From: an uncultured bacterium
GTDB lineage: Bacteria > Krumholzibacteriota > Krumholzibacteriia > JACNKJ01
DNA: 64,000 nucleotides
Reading direction: 5' to 3'
Assembly (NCBI GenBank): GCA_963695095.1
Contig: CAVOFT010000001.1
Location: 160,001-224,000, forward strand
Positions within the stretch are counted from its first letter, which is position 1. The number at the start of each line of letters is the position of its first letter. Position numbers and translations under genes: made by a program. The notes under the pieces are model-generated. The model was not told the origin of the DNA. It made no database searches and saw only the letters and a program-made list of their open reading frames with translations. Shown here piece by piece: positions 23,330 through 32,103 of the stretch.

Positions 23330-24364
23330 TGGCAAGGATCCTGATCGCGGAAGACGACGGCACGAGCGCCCTCCTGCTCGAGCGCACCCTGCTCAAGGCG
23401 GGCCATGACGTGCTCAGGGCCGCCAACGGGGTCGAGGCCCTCGATCTGGCCCTGCGCGAACGCGTCGACGCCCTGCTCACCGACTGGATGATGCCCGGCA
23501 AGGACGGCCTCCAGCTCATCCGCGAACTGAGGCGGCAGCTGCCGCGCATGCCGCTGACCATGGTCATCACGGCGCTCTCCTCGCCCGAGGCGCAGCAGCA
23601 GGCGCTCGAGGCCGGCGCGGACGACTACCTCGCCAAGCCCTATCGACCCATCGACGTGATCGAACACCTGGACGCGCTCTTCGCCCGCCAGAACCAGAGC
23701 GCCGATGAGCCCGAGGCGCCGCCGCTGGTGGCGATGCCCGCCCGCCGCGGCATGACCCCGGAGCACCTCGCCGTCTGCGTAGCGGCAAGCAGCGGCGGCC
23801 CCAGCGCCCTGCGCACGCTGTTCAAGCAGCTCCCTGCCCAGACCCAGGTCGCCTATTTCGTCGTCCTGCACGGCCCGGAGCTGGGTGATCCAGAGCCTCG
23901 CCGACAGCCTGCAGCCCGAGGCGACGATGCCGGTGCGCCTGGGCGAAGACCACATGGTCATCGAGCCCGGGCACATCTACGTCGCTCCCGGCAGCCGGCA
24001 CATGTACATCGACCCCAGGGAGCACGACCTGCGGCTGAGCGAGGCGCCGCCGATCAACTACGTCAAGCCCGCCGCCGACCCGCTCTTCCAGAGCGTGGCG
24101 CTGGTCTACCGCGAATGCAGCCTGGGCGTGATTCTGACCGGGCTGGGTCGGGACGGCACGCGGGGAATCCAGCAGATCAACCGCTACGGAGGCCGCGTCC
24201 TGCTGCAGGACCCCGGGGCGGCCACGGGGTCCGCGATGCCGGACTCCGCCATCGAGAGCGGCGTCGCCGATGCCGTGCTCGCCCTGCCCGAGCTGCCGGG
24301 CGCCATCGAGGCCGAGATCCTCCGGCTTCTGCCGCGACTGCCCGCCGCGCAGGCGGTCAGCTGA
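23329..24364 (+). pseudogene. REC + CheB methylesterase-like protein with +1 frameshift near 23880
   Basis: REC motifs AEDD, TDWMMP, VITA, LAKP. CheB motifs AASSGGP and VVLHGP, then in the shifted frame HIYVAPG, KPAADPLF, ILTGLGRDG, AMPDSAI. Confidence 0.85.
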
Positions 24365-24403
24365 ATCCTCGCCCCTCCGGACGGGGGCCCCGGACGCCAG
24401 TCC

Positions 24404-25498
24404 CTAGATCAACTGGATGAAGCGGTTCTTGGAGCGACGCTTGAGCGCGCCGAAGGCCATGGCCAGCGGGAACATGACGGCCAGCAGCCCGAGCCAGCCC
24501 AGGAAGCTCTCCAGCACCGCCCCCTCGCGGTAGAAGAAGCCCAGCCGCCGCGTGAAGATGGCGAGCAGGGGAATGTGCACCGCGTAGAAGAAGAGCGGCA
24601 CGCGGCCGATGACGCCCAGGGGCTTGAGCAGGCCCGAGTGCATGCTGATGCGGCAGAAGAGCCCGACCATGAAGATCACGGCACCGGCGAACCAGAGCAG
24701 GTGCACGGCGTTGGGCGGGTACTTCTGCTCGAGGAAGAAGGACCAGCTGCCCAGCTCCGACCAGGGCGTCAGGTTGCCGTAGCCGCGGCCCGACCTCAGC
24801 AACACGGCCAGAACAACCAGCCCGAAACCGATCAGCATGCTCTTCGTCGAGCGCTCGGCGTGGGTCTTCCAGCCCTCGAACCAGAAGTGGGCCATCACCG
24901 AACCCACCAGCGCCATGCCGAACCAGGGCAGGGCGGGGTAGAGGTTGAAGGTGCCCGAATCGATGAACATCTGCATGGGCACGTGCACCCAGCCCTTGGC
25001 GCTGTAGGGAATCTGCAGCAGGAAGTGCTGGCCGAAGATGAGCAGCGCGCCCAGGGCGAGGCGCAGCTGCCAGCGCCAGGTGATGACCAGGGTGAGCAGG
25101 ATCATCGCCGTGCCGATGCAGGCGATGATGCTCCAGTGCAGAGGCCGCCAGGAATTGAAGCCGCTCCAGGCGGAGTTCACCCAGGTCATCTGGACGAGGA
25201 TCAGGAAGAGCCCGCGCTGGATGAAGTGCCAGCGCGAGGCCCAGTCGCCGGCGCCGCCCCGCCGCCGCCGCCAGTAGGCCCAGTAGACCATCGCCCCGTT
25301 CATGATCAGGAAGCCGGGCGCGCAGAGGTAGCCCATGTAGCGCAGGCCGAACTGGGCGCCGCTGCCGAAGAAGGGGTCCTGGAATTCGAAGGCGTACCAG
25401 ATGTGGTTGAAGTACTCGTTGCTGTGACCCAGGGCCATCATGATGCCGATCAGGCCGCGGAACTGATCGATGAAGTGAAAGCGTTCCTTGACGGCCAT
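24404..25498 (-). CDS. DUF1624/HGSNAT-like multi-TM acyltransferase
   Basis: RFHFIDQFRG...MALGH, CAPGF, QRGLFL, LYPALPW, KYPP, GRVPLFFYAVH. Several TM helices. Confidence 0.85.
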   Translation of the reverse strand: MAVKERFHFIDQFRGLIGIMMALGHSNEYFNHIWYAFEFQDPFFGSGAQFGLRYMGYLCAPGFLIMNGAMVYWAYWRRRRGGAGDWASRWHFIQRGLFLILVQMTWVNSAWSGFNSWRPLHWSIIACIGTAMILLTLVITWRWQLRLALGALLIFGQHFLLQIPYSAKGWVHVPMQMFIDSGTFNLYPALPWFGMALVGSVMAHFWFEGWKTHAERSTKSMLIGFGLVVLAVLLRSGRGYGNLTPWSELGSWSFFLEQKYPPNAVHLLWFAGAVIFMVGLFCRISMHSGLLKPLGVIGRVPLFFYAVHIPLLAIFTRRLGFFYREGAVLESFLGWLGLLAVMFPLAMAFGALKRRSKNRFIQLI

Positions 25499-25548
25499 GG
25501 GCAGCCCACCCTCCCGGCGCGGGGCCGCAGCCCCGGCGCAGCTGGTCG

Positions 25549-27957
25549 CTAGTTGCCGAAGTCGCTGCGCACCACGCGCAGGCCGACGAAGTCCAGACGG
25601 GAATCGGGCGGCGCCGTCTCGCGCGCGGCCGAACGGCAGGCCTTGGCCTGGCTGAACCAGCTGCCGCCGCGCAGCACCTTGAGAAAGCCACCGGCGGGGC
25701 CCGCGGCGTCGAGGCCGATCTGGCTCGGGTAGCCGGCATACCAGTCCCAGCACCACTCCATGGCGTTGCCGTGCACATCGGCGAGGCCGAAGGCGTTGGC
25801 GGCGAGGCCGCCCACCGCCTGGGGCGCGTCCCCGGAGTTGCCGCAGTACCAGCCGATCAGATCCAGTCGGGGATCCTCGCAGCCCTGGTCGCTGATGGCG
25901 CCGTTCGTGAAGGCGGTCGCGCTGCCGGCGCGGCAGAGCCACTCCCACTCGGCCTCGGTGGGCAGGCGCCAGCCGTCGGCCTCGCGGTCCCACTCGACGT
26001 CGGTGCCGTCCACGGCATAGGCCGGCGTCCGGCCCTCGAAGATCGAGAGGGCGTTGCAGTAGGCCACGGCCTCGTACCAGGTGAGCCCCAGCACGGGCAA
26101 GCTGCCGCCGAGGAAGCTGGAGTCCGGCAGGGCGGGCCCCATGCGGTCCTGCCACCGGGCCTGGGTGACCTCCTGCGTGGCAGCGATGGGCAGGCGGGTG
26201 AGCAAGGCGGGGTGCTGCGTCTCATCCGGCTCGCGACCGAGCTCGCTGAGCGGGCTGCCCATGGTGAAGACCACGTCGCCGACCAGGGGGCCGGACAGCG
26301 TGGCCGTCGTCGGCGTGTGGCCGTCGCCGTCGTCGAAGGCGGCGAGGAAGCTGTGCGCGCCGGGGGCGAGGGTCGTCTGCAGGCGGTAGAGCGCGTTCGT
26401 GGCGTGATCGCCGGAGACGAAGCCCATCGCCGTCGGCGCGCCGTCGATGACGAGATCGTGGGTGACGGGCACGTCGCCTTCGGGGTCCGAGTAGCTCACC
26501 GTGAAGGTGAAGAGCTGTTCATCGTCGCCGTAGGCCGGCGTGACGGCGAGGCCGAAGAGGAAGGTGCCGTCGGGGAAGGTCGTGGCGCTGGCGCCGACGC
26601 CGAGGCCGGACATCTGGCCGGCGTCGTCGGTGGCGCGCAGGGCGAAGTGGTACTGGGTCTCGGGCGTCAGGCCGCCCACGGAGAATTCCTGGGCCGTGCC
26701 GACCACGGCGGGCAGGGGCAGGCCGGTGACGGCGGTCGCCGCCGCCCAGGCGGTTTCGTTGTTGATCGGCGTCGCGGCATAGCGCAGGGCGTAGTGCTCC
26801 GCCTCGCCGATGTAGCGATCGTCGCCGGGCGCCTTCCAGCTCAGGCGGACGGCGGTGGCGCCCAGGGTCTCGGCGCTGAGCGTGTAGATGCCGCCGGGCG
26901 CTGTGCGATCCGCGAAGGGCGCGCCGGCCAGGATGAGCAGGCCCTCGTCCTCGTCGGTGACGAGCACCAGCCCGTCGTCGGTGAGTGCGACGCCGGTGGC
27001 GTTGCTGCTGCGGACGTTGCCCGCGTAACGCGGGTGGGCGGGGTCGCGCACGTCAACGACGTGCAGGCCGGCGTCGTTGCCCGCCACGAAGGCGAGGCCG
27101 TCGCGCACGGCGATGTCCACGCACCAGCCATCCAGGGGCATCCGCGACACGGGCACCGGCGCCTCGGCGCCATTGATGCGAAAGACGCTCATCCCCTGCC
27201 GCTTGTCGGCAACGAAGGCGTAGTCGCCCCAGATGTCCACGGCGAGCGCGTTGCCCGGCGTGTCCGTCCAGGAAACGAGCACCACCGAGTCGAGCACCAG
27301 TACGCGGGCATCGAGCACGGCCAGGCCCATCTGGTCGTCGGCCACGTAGGCGTAGCCGCCCTTCACCGCCAGGTCCATCGCGTAGCCGTTCGTGTCGGCG
27401 AAAACGCCGCCGTAGGCGAGCAGGCCCGGATACAGGGGGCTGGATTCGAAGACGCGCACGCCCTTCCAGCTCTCGGCCACGAAGAGGATGAAGGGCTGCT
27501 CGGGATTCTCCCGCTCGACGGCATGCATGCCGTTGCCGTCCACCGCCGTCGTGCCCTGGTTGAAGGAGACGGCGTTCGGCGGGTCGGTGATGTCGTAGGT
27601 GGTCACGCCTTCAGTGCCTTCGACGATCATCGCGATGTCGCGGATGACGCCCCCGGCAAAGCTGCGCAGCACCTTGATATTCTCGGCGTACTTCGTGGTG
27701 GGCACGGTCTTGACGAGCAGGGGTGCCGCGGGATTGCTGATGTCCACCACATGCAGGCCCGCCTGACCGCCGGCGACGAAGGCGTAGTCGCCGATGACGT
27801 CCACACTCTCGTTGATGCTGGGCAAGGGCAGGCGGCCGACCAGCGGGTAGGGCGAGTCGGGGATCTCGTAGAGATCCTCCTTCCCGCAACTGCCGGCGAG
27901 CGCGATCAGGGCGAGCGCCAGGGCGATGGCCGCGAGGCGGGTGGACTGCATGCTCAT
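25549..27957 (-). CDS. Lipoprotein: LVIVD beta-propeller + FN3 + Ig-like + FGE/SUMF1-like domain
   Basis: Lipobox LAGSC. YAFVA...GLHVVDISNP repeats, LSWKAPGDD...GLTPETQYHFAL (FN3), and FTMGS, EVTQ, RLPTEAEWE, NAFGL.D.HGN..EW, RGGSW (FGE-sulfatase). Confidence 0.88.
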   Translation of the reverse strand: MSMQSTRLAAIALALALIALAGSCGKEDLYEIPDSPYPLVGRLPLPSINESVDVIGDYAFVAGGQAGLHVVDISNPAAPLLVKTVPTTKYAENIKVLRSFAGGVIRDIAMIVEGTEGVTTYDITDPPNAVSFNQGTTAVDGNGMHAVERENPEQPFILFVAESWKGVRVFESSPLYPGLLAYGGVFADTNGYAMDLAVKGGYAYVADDQMGLAVLDARVLVLDSVVLVSWTDTPGNALAVDIWGDYAFVADKRQGMSVFRINGAEAPVPVSRMPLDGWCVDIAVRDGLAFVAGNDAGLHVVDVRDPAHPRYAGNVRSSNATGVALTDDGLVLVTDEDEGLLILAGAPFADRTAPGGIYTLSAETLGATAVRLSWKAPGDDRYIGEAEHYALRYAATPINNETAWAAATAVTGLPLPAVVGTAQEFSVGGLTPETQYHFALRATDDAGQMSGLGVGASATTFPDGTFLFGLAVTPAYGDDEQLFTFTVSYSDPEGDVPVTHDLVIDGAPTAMGFVSGDHATNALYRLQTTLAPGAHSFLAAFDDGDGHTPTTATLSGPLVGDVVFTMGSPLSELGREPDETQHPALLTRLPIAATQEVTQARWQDRMGPALPDSSFLGGSLPVLGLTWYEAVAYCNALSIFEGRTPAYAVDGTDVEWDREADGWRLPTEAEWEWLCRAGSATAFTNGAISDQGCEDPRLDLIGWYCGNSGDAPQAVGGLAANAFGLADVHGNAMEWCWDWYAGYPSQIGLDAAGPAGGFLKVLRGGSWFSQAKACRSAARETAPPDSRLDFVGLRVVRSDFGN

Positions 27958-27987
27958 CCTCCGTCTGCGAAGGCCGCGCGTGCGCGG

Positions 27988-29619
27988 CTAGAACAAGGTG
28001 CTGCTGAAGCCGATCCAGTAGGTGCGGCTGATGTAGTTCTTGTCTTCCTTGATATCGCCCCACCAGGGTGAATCCACGTCGCGCTCGGCGTAGCCGAAGC
28101 CGAAGTCCATGTCCACCGCTTTGGGCAGGCCGAAGCTGGCGAAGACGGCCGGCAGGTCGCGGCTGCCCTTGAGCTGGTAGGTGTAGCTGTTGTCCTGCCG
28201 TCCGACGTGATAGGTGTCGTCCGAGATCGTCTGCGTGCCCTTCGCCGAGTAGTAGTCGACGCTGTACTGGGCGCGCACGCGCAGGTCGCTGACCAGGCGC
28301 TTGAGCGCGGCCTGGCGCGGCACCCAGCGCAGCTCGGCGTTGTAGGTGTTCCCTTTGTAGGTGCCGTCCGAGGCGGGGCTGGTATCCAGCGCCTCCCCCT
28401 CGACGTCGATGGCACGCGCGGCGGCGTTCTCGAAGCCGTAGCTGAGCGTGAGCCGCCAGGGACGGGCGATCGTCCAGTAGGCCGTGATGTCGATGCCGAG
28501 GGTGTTGAGATCGTTCTCCAGGTGCGGCTTGTTGTAGTAGTAGAGCTTCTTGGTCAGGGCGACGTTGGCGCTGAGGTCCTTGCGCAGCCGATGGCGCCAG
28601 GTGCTGACGATGCGATTGCGCTCCAGGCGGAACTGCTCGCTCACGACGGGCGTGGTCCCCGCGACGAGCGGCGGGCGGTCGTTGAGCTGCCGCAAGTACT
28701 TCGAGGGGCTGTAGGCGTAGTAGACCTCGAGGCTGTTGCGGCCGAAGAACTGCCGCGCGACGACGCGGAACTCGTGGTTGTCGAGCACGGTGTTCGTCGC
28801 GTACTGCTCGCGCGAGTAGCGGAAGCTGAAACGCGTCGCGCCCTGGGCGAGGAACTTGCGCTGCCCGGTGAGATCCAGGGAGGGCGAGAGGATGAGATCA
28901 TCCAGGCGCTCGATCTTCTGGAAACGCTCCTCGTTCCAGTACAGCCGCGTCAGGTACTCCTGCCGGAAGGCCTCGGACATCTGGAAGACATTGTCCTCGT
29001 AGGTGAAGCCGAGGCTGGCATCCAGTCCCCAGGTGAGGCCGAAGCGTTCGTTGGCGGCCCGGGGCCTGGGCGGCTTGGGGACCTGCAGCGGCTCCGTGTC
29101 CCACTGCGGCGGGCCCTCGTAGAAGAGGGCGACGTAGAGCGGGCCGCCGCCATCGAGGCTGCCGGTGAGCCGCAATTCGTGGCGGCCGGCAGGGATGGCG
29201 AGATCGAGCCAGGTGCCGCGGCTGGGGCTGCCCGCGCGGCCGTCGGCGTAGCCGCCCAGGCGGGAGGCGGCGAGCTCGAGGGGCAGTTCGGCGGGCAGGC
29301 CGGGCACGCCGGCCAGGCGCAGCAGGCCGCTGCGCGTGGTGCTGTCGCCTTCGGCGACGTGGGTCTTCACGAAACCGCTCAGGGTGCCCGGCCCCTCGAG
29401 GCGGTAGGTCAAGCCGGCCGCCGGCATCACGCAGTAAACCGCGGCGGCTTCGGCGCGGCCGAGCAGTAGCGTGGCCGGCTTGCCCTGCGGCCACAGCTCC
29501 ATGTCGGCAAGCGCGGGGCCGGCCAGAAGGAGCGCGCCGACCAGGGCGGCGAGGGCGGCCAGGGAGCACCAGGAATGGCGGGGCCTACGCTGCATGGAAT
29601 GGCAGATCCAGCGAATCAC
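27988..29619 (-). CDS. Putative outer-membrane beta-barrel with N-terminal beta-sandwich domain
   Basis: Signal-like hydrophobic stretch, alternating aromatic beta-strands (LGFTYEDN, FSFRY, WRLTLSYGF, FGFGYAERD) and terminal YWIGFSSTLF ending in Phe. Confidence 0.75.
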   Translation of the reverse strand: MIRWICHSMQRRPRHSWCSLAALAALVGALLLAGPALADMELWPQGKPATLLLGRAEAAAVYCVMPAAGLTYRLEGPGTLSGFVKTHVAEGDSTTRSGLLRLAGVPGLPAELPLELAASRLGGYADGRAGSPSRGTWLDLAIPAGRHELRLTGSLDGGGPLYVALFYEGPPQWDTEPLQVPKPPRPRAANERFGLTWGLDASLGFTYEDNVFQMSEAFRQEYLTRLYWNEERFQKIERLDDLILSPSLDLTGQRKFLAQGATRFSFRYSREQYATNTVLDNHEFRVVARQFFGRNSLEVYYAYSPSKYLRQLNDRPPLVAGTTPVVSEQFRLERNRIVSTWRHRLRKDLSANVALTKKLYYYNKPHLENDLNTLGIDITAYWTIARPWRLTLSYGFENAAARAIDVEGEALDTSPASDGTYKGNTYNAELRWVPRQAALKRLVSDLRVRAQYSVDYYSAKGTQTISDDTYHVGRQDNSYTYQLKGSRDLPAVFASFGLPKAVDMDFGFGYAERDVDSPWWGDIKEDKNYISRTYWIGFSSTLF

Positions 29620-29625
29620 CGGGGC

Positions 29626-30528
29626 TCACCTCGTGCTCACGTCGGCTTCGGGGATGAGGATCTGGGCGGCGATGCCGCAGGCCTCGGGCCGCACGCAGCG
29701 CAGCTCGAAGCGGTGGCGGCCGCGGGGGACGGGCACGCGCAGCAGCTTGCGGTCGCCGGGCAGCACCTGAGGCTTGCCCACGTAAGCCGCGCTGTCCAGC
29801 TTGTCGGCCTGGTAGTGGTAGGTGTTCACGCTGACGCCGTCGCGCAGCAGCTCCAGCGCGTAGGGCTGGGCGCCGCTCATCTGATGATCGAAGTCCAGGC
29901 GGGTGTAGACCTTGAGCGTGGTCGGTCCGGTCACCGTGAAGCCGAGCGGGGAGTCGGCATGGAAGTGGTAGTAGGCCGAGGTGCTGCCGCTGGCGAACTG
30001 CAGCCTGGCCACGGAGTCGTACTGCTCGGGCGCGAAGGCCACCTCCTTGGTCTTCACCCGCTTGACTTCGCGGTAGAAGCGCGCTGCCGCCCGGCCCTCG
30101 CCCTCGACTTCGGCGTAGACCTGGATCTGATGCTTGCCGGTCGGCACGCGCACGGTGGTGCTGCGCAGGGCGGCCGCCTCGCCGCCACCGCTGCAGCGCG
30201 CCGCGCCGGCCAGGACATCGCTGCGGTAGCTGCGGCGCAGCACTTCCTCGCCGTCCAGGAGCACGCGCAGCGTGTAGACGCCCGTCGTCGCGTCGCCGGG
30301 CCCGAAGAGGTAGCGGCTGACGATCTTGAGCTTGCGCGGTCCGCGCAGCTCGATCACCGCCGGCTTGGCGGGATCCAGGAGCGTGTAGTCGAAGGACTGG
30401 CCCTTCACGGCGAGACAGACGTCGCCGGGGCTGTCCGCCGCCTTGAGGCTGCGCCAGGCGGCCGCAGCCTCCCGGGGCAGCAGAGCCAGCGCGCCGATGA
30501 AGAGCAGAGCGAGCCAAGGCCGTTTCAT
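29626..30528 (-). CDS. Secreted protein with two internal repeats, unknown function
   Basis: Signal peptide. Two copies of a GP..L...R / Y.L...DG / VP.G.H pattern. ATGA overlap with pgsW. Confidence 0.8.
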   Translation of the reverse strand: MKRPWLALLFIGALALLPREAAAAWRSLKAADSPGDVCLAVKGQSFDYTLLDPAKPAVIELRGPRKLKIVSRYLFGPGDATTGVYTLRVLLDGEEVLRRSYRSDVLAGAARCSGGGEAAALRSTTVRVPTGKHQIQVYAEVEGEGRAAARFYREVKRVKTKEVAFAPEQYDSVARLQFASGSTSAYYHFHADSPLGFTVTGPTTLKVYTRLDFDHQMSGAQPYALELLRDGVSVNTYHYQADKLDSAAYVGKPQVLPGDRKLLRVPVPRGRHRFELRCVRPEACGIAAQILIPEADVSTR

Positions 30529-31649
30529 ACCGAGTCACCATCCATTCGGCCGCTCCAGCGATCGAAGAGACCGCGGCGCAGCTCAGGAGCCAGGACCAGG
30601 ACACAAATGGCGCAGTATAGCACGAGCAAGGGAGCCGCCAGGGCCAGGCGATAGCTCTCGCGCACGAAGATGTCCCCCTCGCCCGGCTGGGGATGGTAAT
30701 CGGGCGCCACCGGCAGCCCCACCTCTCGCGCCAGATCCTCCATGTTGAGCAGGTGGATCACGGGGATGCCGCGCTCGGCCATCAGTACCATCGTGCCCTT
30801 GCGCGGGTAGTTGTGGGTGCCCAGGTCGAAGTTGAGGCCCTCGGGCAGCAGCACCTTGTTGCGGCTGGTGCCCAGGCTGGCCACGCCGCCGCCCACGTTG
30901 ATGAAGGCCTTCGCCCGGCGGCCGCGCAGGGCCTCGACGTAGAAGGTCATGCGCTGGGTGATGGCCTCCTCGATGTTCTCCGAGTCGAGCCGGCGCACCC
31001 CGTTGCGCTCGATCGCCACGCGCAGGCGCTCGCGACCCTCCGGGCTGAGGCCCTGGCCCATGTCGTCGCCGCCGCCATAGCTGGCGGCCGCCGAGCGGAT
31101 GTGGAAGATGTTCTCCTCCGCGAAGAGGCGCTCCATGTCCAGCCAGGTGAAGTCCGGATCGTTGGCGCCCCACATCGAAGCGCCCACGGAGGTGATCACG
31201 ACCGGCGCGAGCTCGAGCGTTTCCAGGGCCGCGAAAACGCTGATGTTGAGGCCGGGGAAGGAGCCCGAGAGCGCGACCGCCACGGGATCCCCCGGCTTGA
31301 GGCCGCAGCGGCGCAGGTAGCCGACGATGACCCCGGCCCAGTTGGGATTGAGCGTGGTGAGCTTGGAGCCGAGCACGCCCTGGGCGTTGGTGATCAGGCT
31401 GAACTCGGGGCCGATCAGGCCCGTGCCGGCCGGGTCGTTGACGAGGTCGAGGACGGCACCCTCCATGAGCCGGTGCCGGCGCACGGCGCCGAAGGCGAGC
31501 TCGGCCCGCCGTGCCGCCTCCAGCTTCAGGTCGTAGTCGCGCTGGCGCACGGGCTTGCGCGTCAACTCGAGCGAGGCCTGGAAGGCGAGAGCGAGCAGCG
31601 CGAGCCCCAGCAGGATGAGCTGGCGGCGCCTATCGGATCGCGAACTCAA
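30525..31649 (-). CDS. pgsW: Poly-gamma-glutamate system protein PgsW
   Basis: DP..TGLIGPEFS.IT...G.L.SK.TT.NPN, SGSFPGLN, SVGASMWGAN, GGGDD, FINVGG, IPVIHLLN. N- and C-terminal TM helices, directly after pgsC. Confidence 0.88.
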   Translation of the reverse strand: MSSRSDRRRQLILLGLALLALAFQASLELTRKPVRQRDYDLKLEAARRAELAFGAVRRHRLMEGAVLDLVNDPAGTGLIGPEFSLITNAQGVLGSKLTTLNPNWAGVIVGYLRRCGLKPGDPVAVALSGSFPGLNISVFAALETLELAPVVITSVGASMWGANDPDFTWLDMERLFAEENIFHIRSAAASYGGGDDMGQGLSPEGRERLRVAIERNGVRRLDSENIEEAITQRMTFYVEALRGRRAKAFINVGGGVASLGTSRNKVLLPEGLNFDLGTHNYPRKGTMVLMAERGIPVIHLLNMEDLAREVGLPVAPDYHPQPGEGDIFVRESYRLALAAPLLVLYCAICVLVLAPELRRGLFDRWSGRMDGDSV

Positions 31650-32103
31650 TGAGCCCCCCTCCCTGCGCCACCACCAGCGCCAGGCGCACGATGAAGGCCG
31701 CCATCAGCATGGTGCAAAGCGTCTCGAAGATGCCCTGCCGCAGCATCCAGTAGGCGATGAGCCCGGGGATGATGTAGCCGATGGACTGGACGATCGTGAA
31801 GTCGACGCCCAGGCCCATCCAGTCGCCCGCGATGAGCAGGAAGCGCGTGGCGTAGCCGAAGATGAAGCCGGCCAGCACGCAGAAGACCAGCGTCCGCCGC
31901 CCGTAGAGCAGGATGTGGCGGCTGAGCAGGCGCAGGCTGAGGTAGGTGATCAGCGCGGCGACGATGGTGCCCAGGATGCGCAGGGGCTGGTCCAGATAGA
32001 GCGCGATGTAGCCCGGCACGATGAGGCCGCCCGCCGCCAGGCCGAGCACCTCCGAGAAGACCAGGCTCACCACGAGACCGAGACCGATGGACTGGTAGAT
32101 CAC
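31630..32103 (-). CDS. pgsC: Poly-gamma-glutamate biosynthesis membrane protein PgsC/CapC
   Basis: IGLGLVVSL.FSE..GL.AGGLIVPGYIAL, ILLYGRR, IGYIIPGLIA. GTGA overlap with pgsB. Confidence 0.95.
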   Translation of the reverse strand: MIYQSIGLGLVVSLVFSEVLGLAAGGLIVPGYIALYLDQPLRILGTIVAALITYLSLRLLSRHILLYGRRTLVFCVLAGFIFGYATRFLLIAGDWMGLGVDFTIVQSIGYIIPGLIAYWMLRQGIFETLCTMLMAAFIVRLALVVAQGGGLIEFAIR

